Origin: an uncultured Nitrospiraceae bacterium
GTDB lineage: Bacteria > Nitrospirota > Nitrospiria > Nitrospirales > UBA2166
Direction of reading: 5' to 3'
Assembly (NCBI GenBank): GCA_964463965.1
Contig: CAYXED010000004.1
Span: 124,758 to 188,757, forward strand
Length of the DNA: 64,000 nt
Part shown: piece by piece, positions 9,979 through 19,229 of the stretch
Numbering within the stretch: the stretch's first letter is position 1
Layout: every line of letters begins with the position of its first letter
Made by a program: the position numbers and the translations under genes
The notes under the pieces: model-generated
What the model saw: only the letters and a program-made list of their open reading frames with translations
The model's database searches: none
What the model was told of the DNA's origin: nothing

Positions 9979-11415
9979 TTAGAAGTTGACTTGAAAACGC
10001 GTCATTACTGCGTCCATGTTTCCCTCTTTAGCAATTGAAGGATTGGTAAAATCAACTTGTGATTTGACATAGTTAAGCATCAAACGACTATTTGGGTTAA
10101 GATACCAGTTAAGGCCCACAGTAATGTTGTCCATTTTGCCACCAACAATGCCGCTATCGGTTAGATCAAGGTGTGAATAGCGGGCCGCAACTTCCCATGC
10201 GCCGATCCCATCTTTACCAAAATTTTTCTTCGGTTTAACTTGTGTAAATGCACCACTTTTCGTTTTATATGCCCGACTTTCTCCGGTGAGAAAATAACTT
10301 CCATACATGTAAAACCCTGAGAAATTTGGGGTAATCTCTAATCGACTTTCAGGATCATCTGCCTGAGTGACCCCATCTCTGACAAATGATTGATCATATT
10401 CGCCTTGAATGGAAAACGGCCCGAATATTACTGCAGATTCAAGTTTAATGCGATTTTCGCTTTTTGCGGTGAAATGATCCGTGTTAATCAATCGATCTGT
10501 CAGATGGACTTCAGGACGTGCGCGAAGTCTCATCTCATCCTCTGGGTTTTCTCTGTGAGTTGCACTGACACCCAAATGAATCAACCTTTTCCCTTTGTCC
10601 TCGTAGAGTGGAAGGGCCGTGATGCGGGCGGTAAAGTGTGTCGCTTCTCCAGTCAGTGCATTGAACGACTCACCCTGGTCTCCAGAGTCTAAGAAAACAC
10701 CAGCGGCCCATGTCATACGGTTCTTAAGTCCTGTGTTGTAGAACATGGCGCCGGTATTACGTTCTGGGTCGAAGATGTTAGTTTGAGAGCGCTCCATAAA
10801 CGTAATGTGGTTGCTACTGGTGATCATTTCCAAACCAAATGGTTCTTTCATGTGACCCACTCTGAGGTTGCCAACTCCTGGAAGATTGTGAATTCCAATG
10901 TAGACATCTTTGAACGCCACTACCCCATCCGCAAAATCAACCTGATTTTTCCAAGTTACGTTGTCATAAAGGCGTCCATCCATGTACATCCGCATACGAC
11001 GAAACTCTGTACCCCCAGTATCGATGTCATCCCCCACCTGTCCTTTAAGAGTGTTGTTGGCTTCGATATGGGCGAAGTCATGCTGGATACGACCGCCTAC
11101 TTTAAACTCTAAGTTGCCGTCAGCAGACTTGAATTGAAGGCCGCCCTTCCAATGAGAGTTCATGTCTGGATATTCTTTCTTCTTCTCAGGTTTTGCCGTT
11201 TGTGCATCTTCGGCAATGGCTTTTCGAAGTTTAGCCTCTTTTTCTCCAGCCTTTGCATCTGTTTTTTCTTGATCTGCCTTAATTTTGTTTCGCTCGATAT
11301 CAGTGATTGTGCCTTTTTCGTAGAGGATATCCTCTAGACCCGCAAATGCAGGTATGCTACAAAAGATGCCCATAAAGACTGCAATCGCAATGATTGTGTT
11401 AAAACGTTGGTTCAT
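9979..11415 (-). CDS. OprO/OprP-family phosphate-selective porin
   Basis: EFRRMRMY, GHMKEPFGLEMITSSNHITFMERS, GAWEVAARYS, TVGLNWYLNPN, terminal Phe; signal peptide from ATG 11415. Confidence 0.88.
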   Translation of the reverse strand: MNQRFNTIIAIAVFMGIFCSIPAFAGLEDILYEKGTITDIERNKIKADQEKTDAKAGEKEAKLRKAIAEDAQTAKPEKKKEYPDMNSHWKGGLQFKSADGNLEFKVGGRIQHDFAHIEANNTLKGQVGDDIDTGGTEFRRMRMYMDGRLYDNVTWKNQVDFADGVVAFKDVYIGIHNLPGVGNLRVGHMKEPFGLEMITSSNHITFMERSQTNIFDPERNTGAMFYNTGLKNRMTWAAGVFLDSGDQGESFNALTGEATHFTARITALPLYEDKGKRLIHLGVSATHRENPEDEMRLRARPEVHLTDRLINTDHFTAKSENRIKLESAVIFGPFSIQGEYDQSFVRDGVTQADDPESRLEITPNFSGFYMYGSYFLTGESRAYKTKSGAFTQVKPKKNFGKDGIGAWEVAARYSHLDLTDSGIVGGKMDNITVGLNWYLNPNSRLMLNYVKSQVDFTNPSIAKEGNMDAVMTRFQVNF

Positions 11416-11521
11416 GATTCCCCCATTTGGATTGCGGTACACTTTGAGTAATCCATTGCCCGCTATTAGTGGGATTGTATAGTGTATATTACAGCTTTAT
11501 CGGTAAAATTAAGTACATAAT

Positions 11522-12076
11522 TTACCTCTCTGATGCGCGAGAAATTGTCCCAATGTGCAGAGGGTACTCCCCTTTTTCTGAATCGCTTACAAAGTGTTTT
11601 ATGGTTGTCCGCACAACGCGAAATGCGATTTCATTCCAGGGAATTGTACTGTGGTGAAATAGTTTTACTTCAAGGCTTTCCTTCCCACCGCTGAATTGTG
11701 AATTTCTCATGTTTGCACGAAACATCATGTGGACTTGGTTAATGTGGGGAATGCTGTAAATGGTATAGGGTGCGATAAGTTCAACGTCTGCGTGACATTC
11801 TTCAAAGGTTTCCCGCATAGCACCTTGCTCTACAGTTTCATCATTTTCCATAAAACCTCCTGGTAATGTCCATAACCCATAACCAGGTTCTATGGCTCGA
11901 CGGCAAAGAAGTAGCCTGTCTTCCCACGTTGGTAGTGTTCCCACAACTAAATTTGGGTTTTGGTAGTGAATATGATCGCAAGTTTGACATACAAAACGAG
12001 GATGATCATCGTATTTGGGAATTTTTCTGGATGTTTCTGAGCCGCACTGACTGCAAAAAAGTATTGGTGGCATCAT
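11522..12076 (-). CDS. NUDIX hydrolase with N-terminal zinc ribbon
   Basis: FCSQCG...CQTC ribbon; Nudix box GGFMENDETVEQGAMRETFEE. Confidence 0.88.
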   Translation of the reverse strand: MMPPILFCSQCGSETSRKIPKYDDHPRFVCQTCDHIHYQNPNLVVGTLPTWEDRLLLCRRAIEPGYGLWTLPGGFMENDETVEQGAMRETFEECHADVELIAPYTIYSIPHINQVHMMFRANMRNSQFSGGKESLEVKLFHHSTIPWNEIAFRVVRTTIKHFVSDSEKGEYPLHIGTISRASER

Positions 12077-12211
12077 GGCACCTGTTATGTAGTTAAGCTG
12101 ATTATACCGTCTGAATGCAGTCATAGTACTTGAAGGTGTGTATAATAGCCAAAGAGCTTTTTTGATATTTTTCTAAATCGTAAAAATTATTTTAGAACGA
12201 GGGTAAAAAGC

Positions 12212-12625
12212 ATGGGTGGAAGTAATCCGTACATTGATCAGAATCCTATTGAGCGAGCGACACAAGCTTATACGATTAAGTTTGTTGGGTCTGAAGATAG
12301 TGTTGAAATTGTTGTTGATCCTGAAAAGGTTCCCTACTGCCAGACCGGACTTCCTGGAAGTATTTTAGATATTGCGTTGGGTTCTGGTATTGATATTGAG
12401 CATGCCTGTGGAGGGGTTTGTGCGTGTTCTACATGTCATGTAATTGTAAAAGAGGGCTTAGAATCTTGCAATGAAGGTACTGATGACGAGTATGATCAAC
12501 TTGATGAAGCTCCTGGCGTAAGCCTACAGTCTCGGCTGAGTTGCCAGTGTGTTCCCAATGGCACTCAAAACCTTGTTGTTGAAATTCCTGCCTGGAACAA
12601 GAATTTAGTTAAGGAAAACCATTAA
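12212..12625 (+). CDS. fdx: ISC-type [2Fe-2S] ferredoxin
   Basis: HACGGVCACSTCHV and SRLSCQC. Confidence 0.9.
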   Translation: MGGSNPYIDQNPIERATQAYTIKFVGSEDSVEIVVDPEKVPYCQTGLPGSILDIALGSGIDIEHACGGVCACSTCHVIVKEGLESCNEGTDDEYDQLDEAPGVSLQSRLSCQCVPNGTQNLVVEIPAWNKNLVKENH

Positions 12626-12629
12626 TTCC

Positions 12630-13256
12630 TTGCTGAACTCCACTCAGAATCTTTTCACTGCCGATGAACTTTCCCTGATCGGAGATAAAAATTTTTTTCC
12701 AGCTAAACAACGGGTTACGGAGAAGGTACGCTCAACTCTTGATGAAATACATGGTGTATTGAAAAATGATTTGTCTGGGGTGCGTCTTCTTGCACCTAAT
12801 GGATTTGATATTTCTGCATTTCAATTTGTAAAAGGCGAGCACTTAAACCATTATCCCTACCAGTACCTTGACTTCCCGAGGCATTTTGTACGAACAGAAA
12901 AGTTTACTTTCCGTTCATTGTTTTGGTGGGGGCATCATTTTATATTTGCGATGATACTTGAAGGGACAAATCTGAATAGGTATAAAAGTAATTTAATTAA
13001 TAATTATCCTCAAATTGCAGATAGAAATATTTGTTTGTGCTTAGGACACTCGCTTTGGGAGTGGCGATATGGTGCAGGTTATACTTTAGAGATGACTGGG
13101 AATAGGCGTACTGAAACAGCTGCTGTTCTAACTCATAGGCCTTTTTTTAAGCTGGCAAGGTTTATTCCGATTACAGATTCTATTGTGAGTGAAGGTGGGC
13201 TTGCTGAGGTGGGGCGTGAAACGCTGAACGCCCTATACCCAGTTATAACTTATTGA
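12630..13256 (+). CDS. Hypothetical protein
   Basis: 208-aa ORF filling the gap between fdx and the CDGSH gene; TTG start; no family recognised. Confidence 0.7.
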   Translation: MLNSTQNLFTADELSLIGDKNFFPAKQRVTEKVRSTLDEIHGVLKNDLSGVRLLAPNGFDISAFQFVKGEHLNHYPYQYLDFPRHFVRTEKFTFRSLFWWGHHFIFAMILEGTNLNRYKSNLINNYPQIADRNICLCLGHSLWEWRYGAGYTLEMTGNRRTETAAVLTHRPFFKLARFIPITDSIVSEGGLAEVGRETLNALYPVITY

Positions 13257-13277
13257 AATAATTGGAGAAAATTAAAA

Positions 13278-13514
13278 ATGGAATCCCCTATCGTAGTTAA
13301 AAAAGCCCCTGAGGTGCTTACTCTTGACGCTGGAACTTACTATTGGTGTAGTTGCGGGCGTTCCGGTAATCAACCTTTTTGTGATGGGTCTCACGAAGGC
13401 ACGCATTTTTTACCCGATGAATTTATCCTTGAAGAAAAAACAACGGTTTGGTTGTGCATGTGTAAACACTCCAAGAAAAAGCCTTTTTGTGATGGAGGGC
13501 ATAAGTCTTTGTAG
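13278..13514 (+). CDS. CDGSH iron-sulfur protein with two CDGSH motifs (MiNT/CISD3-like)
   Basis: WCSCGRSGNQPFCDGSH and LCMCKHSKKKPFCDGGH. Confidence 0.92.
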   Translation: MESPIVVKKAPEVLTLDAGTYYWCSCGRSGNQPFCDGSHEGTHFLPDEFILEEKTTVWLCMCKHSKKKPFCDGGHKSL

Positions 13515-13523
13515 GTAGATGGT

Positions 13524-15464
13524 ATGAGTAGTTTTGATAGCACATATGATGTTGTGGTAATTGGGGGTGGTCATGCCGGTTGCGAAGCCGTCTTGGCGGC
13601 AGCCAAGATGGGTTGTCGTGTGCTTCTCCTCACGATGGATATACCCAAGATTGCTCAAATGTCCTGCAATCCTGCAGTTGGAGGCATTGCAAAGGGACAC
13701 CTAGTAAAGGAAATCGATGCTCTTGGTGGTGAGATGGGATATAACACGGACCAGGCTGGAATACAGTTTCGGATGTTGAATATGAGTAAGGGGCCTGCCG
13801 TTAGGGCTTTACGCGTACAAACGGACATGCATATCTACAAGCGAGTTATGCAAGAAACACTTAAGTGTCAGCCTATGCTGGAAATTGTTGAGGGTACAGT
13901 GGAGCAATTGTTCGTAAAAGGCGCCAAGGTTTGTGGATTAACAAGCAAGGACAAGGAAGGACGAGTAACAAGTTTTGGTGCAAAGGCTATTGTTATGACG
14001 TCAGGAACCTTTCTTAAGGGGCTTGCCCATATTGGCTTAAATCATTTTCCATCTGGAAGAGCTGGGGAAGCTCCTGCAGAATCACTGTCAGATTGCATGA
14101 GAGATCTTGGTTTTTCTGTAGGAAGACTAAAGACGGGAACCCCTCCCCGTATCGACAAAAACTCCATAAACTTTAGTGCTATGGCTGAGCAGTTGGGCGA
14201 TGATCCTCCAAAACCGTTTTCTTACCGTACGGGGCGTATTGAAAATCCTCAGCGTTCCTGTCATCTCACATATACGACCGAGGAAACCCATAGGATTATA
14301 GGGGATAATCTTGATAGGTCTCCTATGTACAGTGGACTTATAGATGCTGTAGGTCCAAGATATTGCCCTTCCATTGAGGACAAGATCGTGAGGTTCCCTG
14401 ATAGAGCCGGGCACCAGGTATTTATTGAACCAGAGGGTCTTGAGAGTGATCAGTTTTACCCTAATGGCATATCGACAAGTTTGCCTATTGATGTACAGGT
14501 AGCCTTTGTACAGAGCATCCCTGGGCTTGAGAAGGCAAAAATTCTTCGACCTGGATACGCTATAGAATATGATTATTTTCCTCCAAGGCAGCTGCATCCA
14601 ACCTTGGAAACAAAACTAGTTGAAGGCTTGTACCACGCTGGACAGATCAATGGTACATCTGGGTATGAAGAGGCCGCAGCGCAAGGATTAATGGCTGGAA
14701 TTAATGCCGCGCTGAAGGTAAGAGAACATCCACCATTCATTCTTGATCGTTCTCAGGCGTATATTGGGGTACTGATAGATGACCTTATAACGAAGGATAC
14801 GAAAGAGCCATATAGGATGTTTACTTCCAGGGCTGAATATCGATTGTTGTTAAGGCAAGATAATGCCGATCACAGGCTCATGGAAAAAGGCTTTCAGCTT
14901 GGTTTGGTATCAGAAGGTGACTATAGGAAACTTGAGCGGAAGTTGTCGGCAATAGACGAGGAAATATCGTGGCTTGAGTCGACAAAATTGAGTTCCTGCG
15001 GCGACCCTGCATTAAAGCTTGAAAGTTTTGGAATTAATGTGACGAATACGTCCTTGTCACTTGCACACATCCTGCGGCGACCGGAGGTAACTTATGAAAA
15101 TATTCTCGACGCGTTTGGTTTGGAGAGAGCTTCTGATGCTGAAGTGATATGCGAGATTAATAACAGGGTTAAGTATGATGGCTACATTCAAAGGCAAATG
15201 TCACAGATATCAAAGTTTAAGAAGATTGAGGGCCAGATTATCCCTGATGATTTCAAGTATGACGAGGTAGTGGGATTTTCATCTGAGGTTTTTGAAAAGC
15301 TAAATTCCGTGCGCCCTCGGTCCATAGGGCAAGCTTCCAGAATTTCCGGAATAACTCCAGCTGCAATTTCCCTCCTCATGATCTCACTAGAAAGGAGGAG
15401 GAGGCAAAATAGCGCTGATGAAGAAGAAAAATTGTTCCACGTGGAACAATCTGGTTCCGTTTGA
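13524..15464 (+). CDS. mnmG: tRNA uridine-5-carboxymethylaminomethyl modification enzyme MnmG (GidA)
   Basis: [58 protein letters not shown]. Confidence 0.97.
   Translation: MSSFDSTYDVVVIGGGHAGCEAVLAAAKMGCRVLLLTMDIPKIAQMSCNPAVGGIAKGHLVKEIDALGGEMGYNTDQAGIQFRMLNMSKGPAVRALRVQTDMHIYKRVMQETLKCQPMLEIVEGTVEQLFVKGAKVCGLTSKDKEGRVTSFGAKAIVMTSGTFLKGLAHIGLNHFPSGRAGEAPAESLSDCMRDLGFSVGRLKTGTPPRIDKNSINFSAMAEQLGDDPPKPFSYRTGRIENPQRSCHLTYTTEETHRIIGDNLDRSPMYSGLIDAVGPRYCPSIEDKIVRFPDRAGHQVFIEPEGLESDQFYPNGISTSLPIDVQVAFVQSIPGLEKAKILRPGYAIEYDYFPPRQLHPTLETKLVEGLYHAGQINGTSGYEEAAAQGLMAGINAALKVREHPPFILDRSQAYIGVLIDDLITKDTKEPYRMFTSRAEYRLLLRQDNADHRLMEKGFQLGLVSEGDYRKLERKLSAIDEEISWLESTKLSSCGDPALKLESFGINVTNTSLSLAHILRRPEVTYENILDAFGLERASDAEVICEINNRVKYDGYIQRQMSQISKFKKIEGQIIPDDFKYDEVVGFSSEVFEKLNSVRPRSIGQASRISGITPAAISLLMISLERRRRQNSADEEEKLFHVEQSGSV
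15433..15448. promoter_or_regulatory. parS centromere-like site
   Basis: TGTTCCACGTGGAACA matches consensus TGTTNCACGTGNAACA and extends to a perfect 20-bp palindrome (15431-15450); 150 bp upstream of parA. Confidence 0.92.
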
Positions 15465-15502
15465 AGCCGTCCTGTGGTAGGATGCCTCCTATGCTAGTTT
15501 AA

Positions 15503-15549
15503 CCACTATATATTGTATTTATTTTTATTTTTACCATTATATATTGATC
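15503..15549. promoter_or_regulatory. Tandem NrdR-box-like sites upstream of parA
   Basis: CCACTATATATTGTAT (15503-15518, 14/16 to ACACWATATMTWGTGT) and CCATTATATATTGATC (15534-15549, 11/16), 31 bp apart. Confidence 0.6.
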
Positions 15550-15599
15550 TTTGTGCCTTTTGCGTTTCCTCTGGTATTGTTGAAAATTAAGGGGTGAAT

Positions 15600-16373
15600 A
15601 TGGCTAGGCGTGTTATTGCTATCGCAAACCAAAAGGGTGGAGTCGGAAAAACAACAACTGCTGTGAATCTCGCGGCTTCGCTTGCGGATGCCGGAAAAAG
15701 TGTTCTTCTTATAGATTTTGATCCTCAGGCAAATGCAACAAATGGTATTGGGTTAGATGGCTTGAATGGCTCTGGGGGGATTTATGATGCCATTGGTCAA
15801 ACCAAAGGCCCTTTGGATGTTGTTCAGAATACGTCGGTTGATAAATTGAAGCTCATTGCTTCAACTCCTGCACTTGCTGGTGCTGAGTTGGAACTTGCCG
15901 ATGTTCCTCATCGTGAGAGCAGGCTGAAAAATATTTGTCTCAGTCTTAGCGAGCAGTATGATTTTATACTCATTGACTGTCCGCCGTCGTTTGGGCTTCT
16001 CACTATCAATGCACTTGTGGCGGCTGAATCTGTGCTTATTCCCGTGCAATGTGAGTATTACGCTATCCATGGGCTTAGTCAGTTGATGGAAAATATTAAT
16101 CGTGTGCGAAGGGTCTATAACAAAAATCTTGTTATTGAGGGTGTCTTATTAACAATGCTTGATGCAAGGAATAACCTTTGTAATCAGGTTGCCCATGAAA
16201 TACGTTCAAATTTTAATGATAGGGTTTTTGGTTGTGCAATACCGAGAAACATTGCTCTTGCAGAAGCACCAAGTTACGGGCGTCCTGTGCTTGCGTACAA
16301 TAACCATTCTTCTGGCGCTCGAGCTTATATAGAGCTTGCCAATGAGGTTTTGCAAAATGGAAGTAGAGTGTAG
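15600..16373 (+). CDS. parA: Chromosome partitioning ATPase ParA/Soj
   Basis: NQKGGVGKTTT, DFDPQAN, IDCPPS, LAEAPSYG. Confidence 0.96.
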   Translation: MARRVIAIANQKGGVGKTTTAVNLAASLADAGKSVLLIDFDPQANATNGIGLDGLNGSGGIYDAIGQTKGPLDVVQNTSVDKLKLIASTPALAGAELELADVPHRESRLKNICLSLSEQYDFILIDCPPSFGLLTINALVAAESVLIPVQCEYYAIHGLSQLMENINRVRRVYNKNLVIEGVLLTMLDARNNLCNQVAHEIRSNFNDRVFGCAIPRNIALAEAPSYGRPVLAYNNHSSGARAYIELANEVLQNGSRV

Positions 16374-16455
16374 CGTTACTTATTTTTGCTCTTGTCCCAT
16401 AGCCTCTTTTTTGTACCCCTTTCTGAGGCATGGCAAAAAACATTGGGAGCTTTAG

Positions 16456-17301
16456 ATGGCAAAGAAGGCTTTAGGTAGAGGCTTAAACGCAATTTTTTCA
16501 CAAGATAATCTTGCATCTATTGATACGCTTGATGAAAGGAAAGAAATTCTGCTCGACCGCATTGTTCCTAACAGGAATCAGCCGCGGCGACGGTTTGCTC
16601 AGCATGAAATCGATGAACTTGTGGAATCGGTAAAAAATAATGGCGTTCTTCAGCCTGTCTTGGTTCGGGGGGTACCTGATGGGAAGTTTGAGCTTATTGC
16701 AGGAGAGCGTCGTTGGAGGGCAGCTATGCAAGCAGGTATTGCCACGATACCTGCAGTGGTCAAAAATGTTTCCGATCATGAAGTAATGGAATTGGCTCTT
16801 GTTGAAAATATTCAACGTTCAGATCTTACCCCAATTGAGGTTGCACGTGCATATCAACGTTTGGTCAAAGAATTTTCTCTAACCCAAGATCAGTTGGCGG
16901 CACGTGTTGGCAAGACGCGATCTTCGGTAGCTAACATGTTGAGGTTTCTGACCCTTCCTAATAACGTTCAGGCGCTTATGGAGTCTGGCGGTTTAACGAT
17001 GGGGCATGCAAAAGTTTTACTTTCTTTGCCGACAATGGATGAGCAGCAGGCATGGGCAAAACGTGCTGCTGAGGATAATCTTTCGGTACGTGATCTGGAG
17101 GGTCTTCTTCAGCCAAAGGGAAAAAAATCAAAGTCCATTACAAAACTAAAGGATCCAAATGTGATAGATATCGAAAGCCGTCTAAAGCGTCGCCTCGGTA
17201 CTAATGCTAAGATTACGGCGGGTCGTAAGGGTGGACGAATTTCTATTGACTATTATTCTTCAGAGGATCTTGATCGTATTCTTGACATTATTTTTTGTTA
17301 G
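16456..17301 (+). CDS. parB: Chromosome partitioning protein ParB/Spo0J
   Basis: ALGRGL, QPRR, AGERRWRAA, LVENIQRSDL, HTH region. Confidence 0.96.
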   Translation: MAKKALGRGLNAIFSQDNLASIDTLDERKEILLDRIVPNRNQPRRRFAQHEIDELVESVKNNGVLQPVLVRGVPDGKFELIAGERRWRAAMQAGIATIPAVVKNVSDHEVMELALVENIQRSDLTPIEVARAYQRLVKEFSLTQDQLAARVGKTRSSVANMLRFLTLPNNVQALMESGGLTMGHAKVLLSLPTMDEQQAWAKRAAEDNLSVRDLEGLLQPKGKKSKSITKLKDPNVIDIESRLKRRLGTNAKITAGRKGGRISIDYYSSEDLDRILDIIFC

Positions 17302-17320
17302 TTATGGGTGTTTGTAAGCA

Positions 17321-18427
17321 ATGAGCAATATGGGCAAAGTTGTTGTTGGGCTGAGTGGTGGGGTTGACAGCGCTGTTGCCGCAACCCTTTTGGTGCGGCA
17401 GGGTTATGAAGTTGTAGGCGTTACGCTAAAGGTTTGGGAAGCAGAAGATGATGCACGTGGAGTAACCAAAAAATGGCAAGACAGAAGTTGTTGCAAGGTT
17501 GGCCTTGCCCGGTTTGCAACGGAGCAACTTGATATTCCTCACCACGTAATTGATGTTAAGGCAGAATTTCGAAAAGCTGTTATTGATGATTTTATTAGTG
17601 GTTATGCGGCAGGGCAGACACCTAATCCATGCGTTCGATGTAATGAAAGGATTAAATTTACTCACTTGTACGAGGTTGCCCAAAGTTTGGAAGCAGATTA
17701 TGTTGCAACTGGTCATTATGTTCGTCTCATCAGAGACACAGTGACAAATGAATTTTGTCTTACGGAGGCTCTTGATAAGACTAAGGACCAAACATACTTT
17801 CTTCACAGACTGAAGAGAGCTTGGTTGCCGAATTTGATATTTCCCCTTGGAGGCATGAAAAAATCGGAGGTGTGGACTGTTGCGGAGTCCATAGGGCTCC
17901 CAGTAGATGAAATTTCTGAAAGTCAGGAAATTTGTTTTGTAACTCAGTCAAACTATCGAGAGTTTCTTGAAACCGAGGCGCCGGAAATTGGGAGATCTGG
18001 GAATATTGTTAATGTATCTGGAAAGATATTGGGACAGCATCAAGGAGTCTTCAACTACACAAGTGGACAACGACGTGGACTTGGTGTGTCAACTGGAGAA
18101 CGCATGTTTGTTCTTGGAGTTGAACCTCTAACAGACACAGTTGTCGTTGGTCATGAGGAGGCATTGTTTAAATCATCGTGTTTAGTTGGAGACCTAAATC
18201 TGCTTTGCACGAAAGAGGACTTATTTAGGGATACTGTAATGGGAAAGATTCGCTATGCTACACCTCCTGCTTCGGCGGTGGTTAAACCTTATTCTGATGA
18301 TATTGTGCAACTTGTTTTTGAAGGTGCCCAACGAGCTATTACTCCTGGGCAGTCAGCGGTATTTTATCGAGAAGGTCAAGTGCTTGGAGGTGGAATTATT
18401 ATTACCTTGAAGGGAGAAAAATCATGA
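17321..18427 (+). CDS. mnmA: tRNA 2-thiouridylase MnmA (CXXC+C type)
   Basis: SGGVDS, TPNPCVRCN, ATGHY, KDQTYFL, SQEICF, GQRRGLG, TPGQSAVFY. Confidence 0.95.
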   Translation: MSNMGKVVVGLSGGVDSAVAATLLVRQGYEVVGVTLKVWEAEDDARGVTKKWQDRSCCKVGLARFATEQLDIPHHVIDVKAEFRKAVIDDFISGYAAGQTPNPCVRCNERIKFTHLYEVAQSLEADYVATGHYVRLIRDTVTNEFCLTEALDKTKDQTYFLHRLKRAWLPNLIFPLGGMKKSEVWTVAESIGLPVDEISESQEICFVTQSNYREFLETEAPEIGRSGNIVNVSGKILGQHQGVFNYTSGQRRGLGVSTGERMFVLGVEPLTDTVVVGHEEALFKSSCLVGDLNLLCTKEDLFRDTVMGKIRYATPPASAVVKPYSDDIVQLVFEGAQRAITPGQSAVFYREGQVLGGGIIITLKGEKS

Positions 18428-18513
18428 ATCCATTAGATTCTATTTCTGGAACAATTATATCCGGTTTTCTGCTAACAGCGGTTCTTTTTGTGCTAGTCAG
18501 GGCAATTGTTTAG
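18424..18513 (+). CDS. 29-aa single-TM small protein
   Basis: Not in ORF track. ATGA overlap with the mnmA stop; MNPLDSISGTIISGFLLTAVLFVLVRAIV*. Confidence 0.6.
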   Translation: MNPLDSISGTIISGFLLTAVLFVLVRAIV

Positions 18514-18560
18514 TGCAGTATCTTGATGACAAGAATAAAATTGTGAAGGGGGAGTAGATC

Positions 18561-19055
18561 ATGGAAGCACATTTTGAATTGTTACTCCGATGGGGCCATA
18601 TTCTTGCAGGTATTACTTGGATTGGTATTCTCTATTACTTTAATTTTATCCAAGCAGGCTATTTAAAGGCTGTAACGCCTGAAGCGAAAGCTGAGGCATT
18701 TCAGCATCTTGTTCCGAACGCACTGTGGTGGTTTAGGTATGGTGCATTATTGACTTGGGTTTTTGGAATGCTCTTACTAATGAACCAGGGTATTTTGGGA
18801 AAAGCCTTTATGCTTCAAGGTGAATCAGCGGCTATTGGCATGGGCGCCTGGCTAGGGACAATTATGTTTTTTAACGTGTGGATGATTATTTGGCCTAACC
18901 AAAAGAAGGTGTTAGGCCTAGTTGAAGTGCTTGCAGAAGAAAAGCCTCGTGCAGCGAGGATTGCTCTTCTTGCATCTAGGACTAACGTCGTATTATCGAT
19001 ACCTATGATTTTTTTCATGGCGTCAGCTAGTCATGCACCAACTGGATTGTTTTAA
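18561..19055 (+). CDS. Urate_ox_N / PuuD-like membrane protein (no cytochrome c domain)
   Basis: RWGHILAGITWIGILYYFNF, ALWWFRYGA, NVWMIIWPNQK, SRTN motifs; no CxxCH. Confidence 0.8.
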   Translation: MEAHFELLLRWGHILAGITWIGILYYFNFIQAGYLKAVTPEAKAEAFQHLVPNALWWFRYGALLTWVFGMLLLMNQGILGKAFMLQGESAAIGMGAWLGTIMFFNVWMIIWPNQKKVLGLVEVLAEEKPRAARIALLASRTNVVLSIPMIFFMASASHAPTGLF

Positions 19056-19090
19056 TTTTCGGCAGTAAAAAACTACTAAGAAGTTTAGTG

Positions 19091-19130
19091 GCGGGGGCGG
19101 TGATTGGATATCGCTCCCGCTCTTTCATTT
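19091..19130 (+). terminator. Probable intrinsic terminator
   Basis: GCGGGGGCGGT...ATCGCTCCCGC stem followed by TCTTTCATTT. Confidence 0.55.
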
Positions 19131-19229
19131 ATGTGTTTGAAAAGAGCTTTGGTTGTCTTGATTAAATAGAATTGTAGCGTATCCGCATATCAGTTGTGTA
19201 ACCTTCATTCTTAATATCTGGTGTAACTT

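Noticed and set aside
11416-11521. Pho box upstream of the phosphate porin
   Set aside because: Only one CTGTAA half-site, without a partner at 11-bp spacing.
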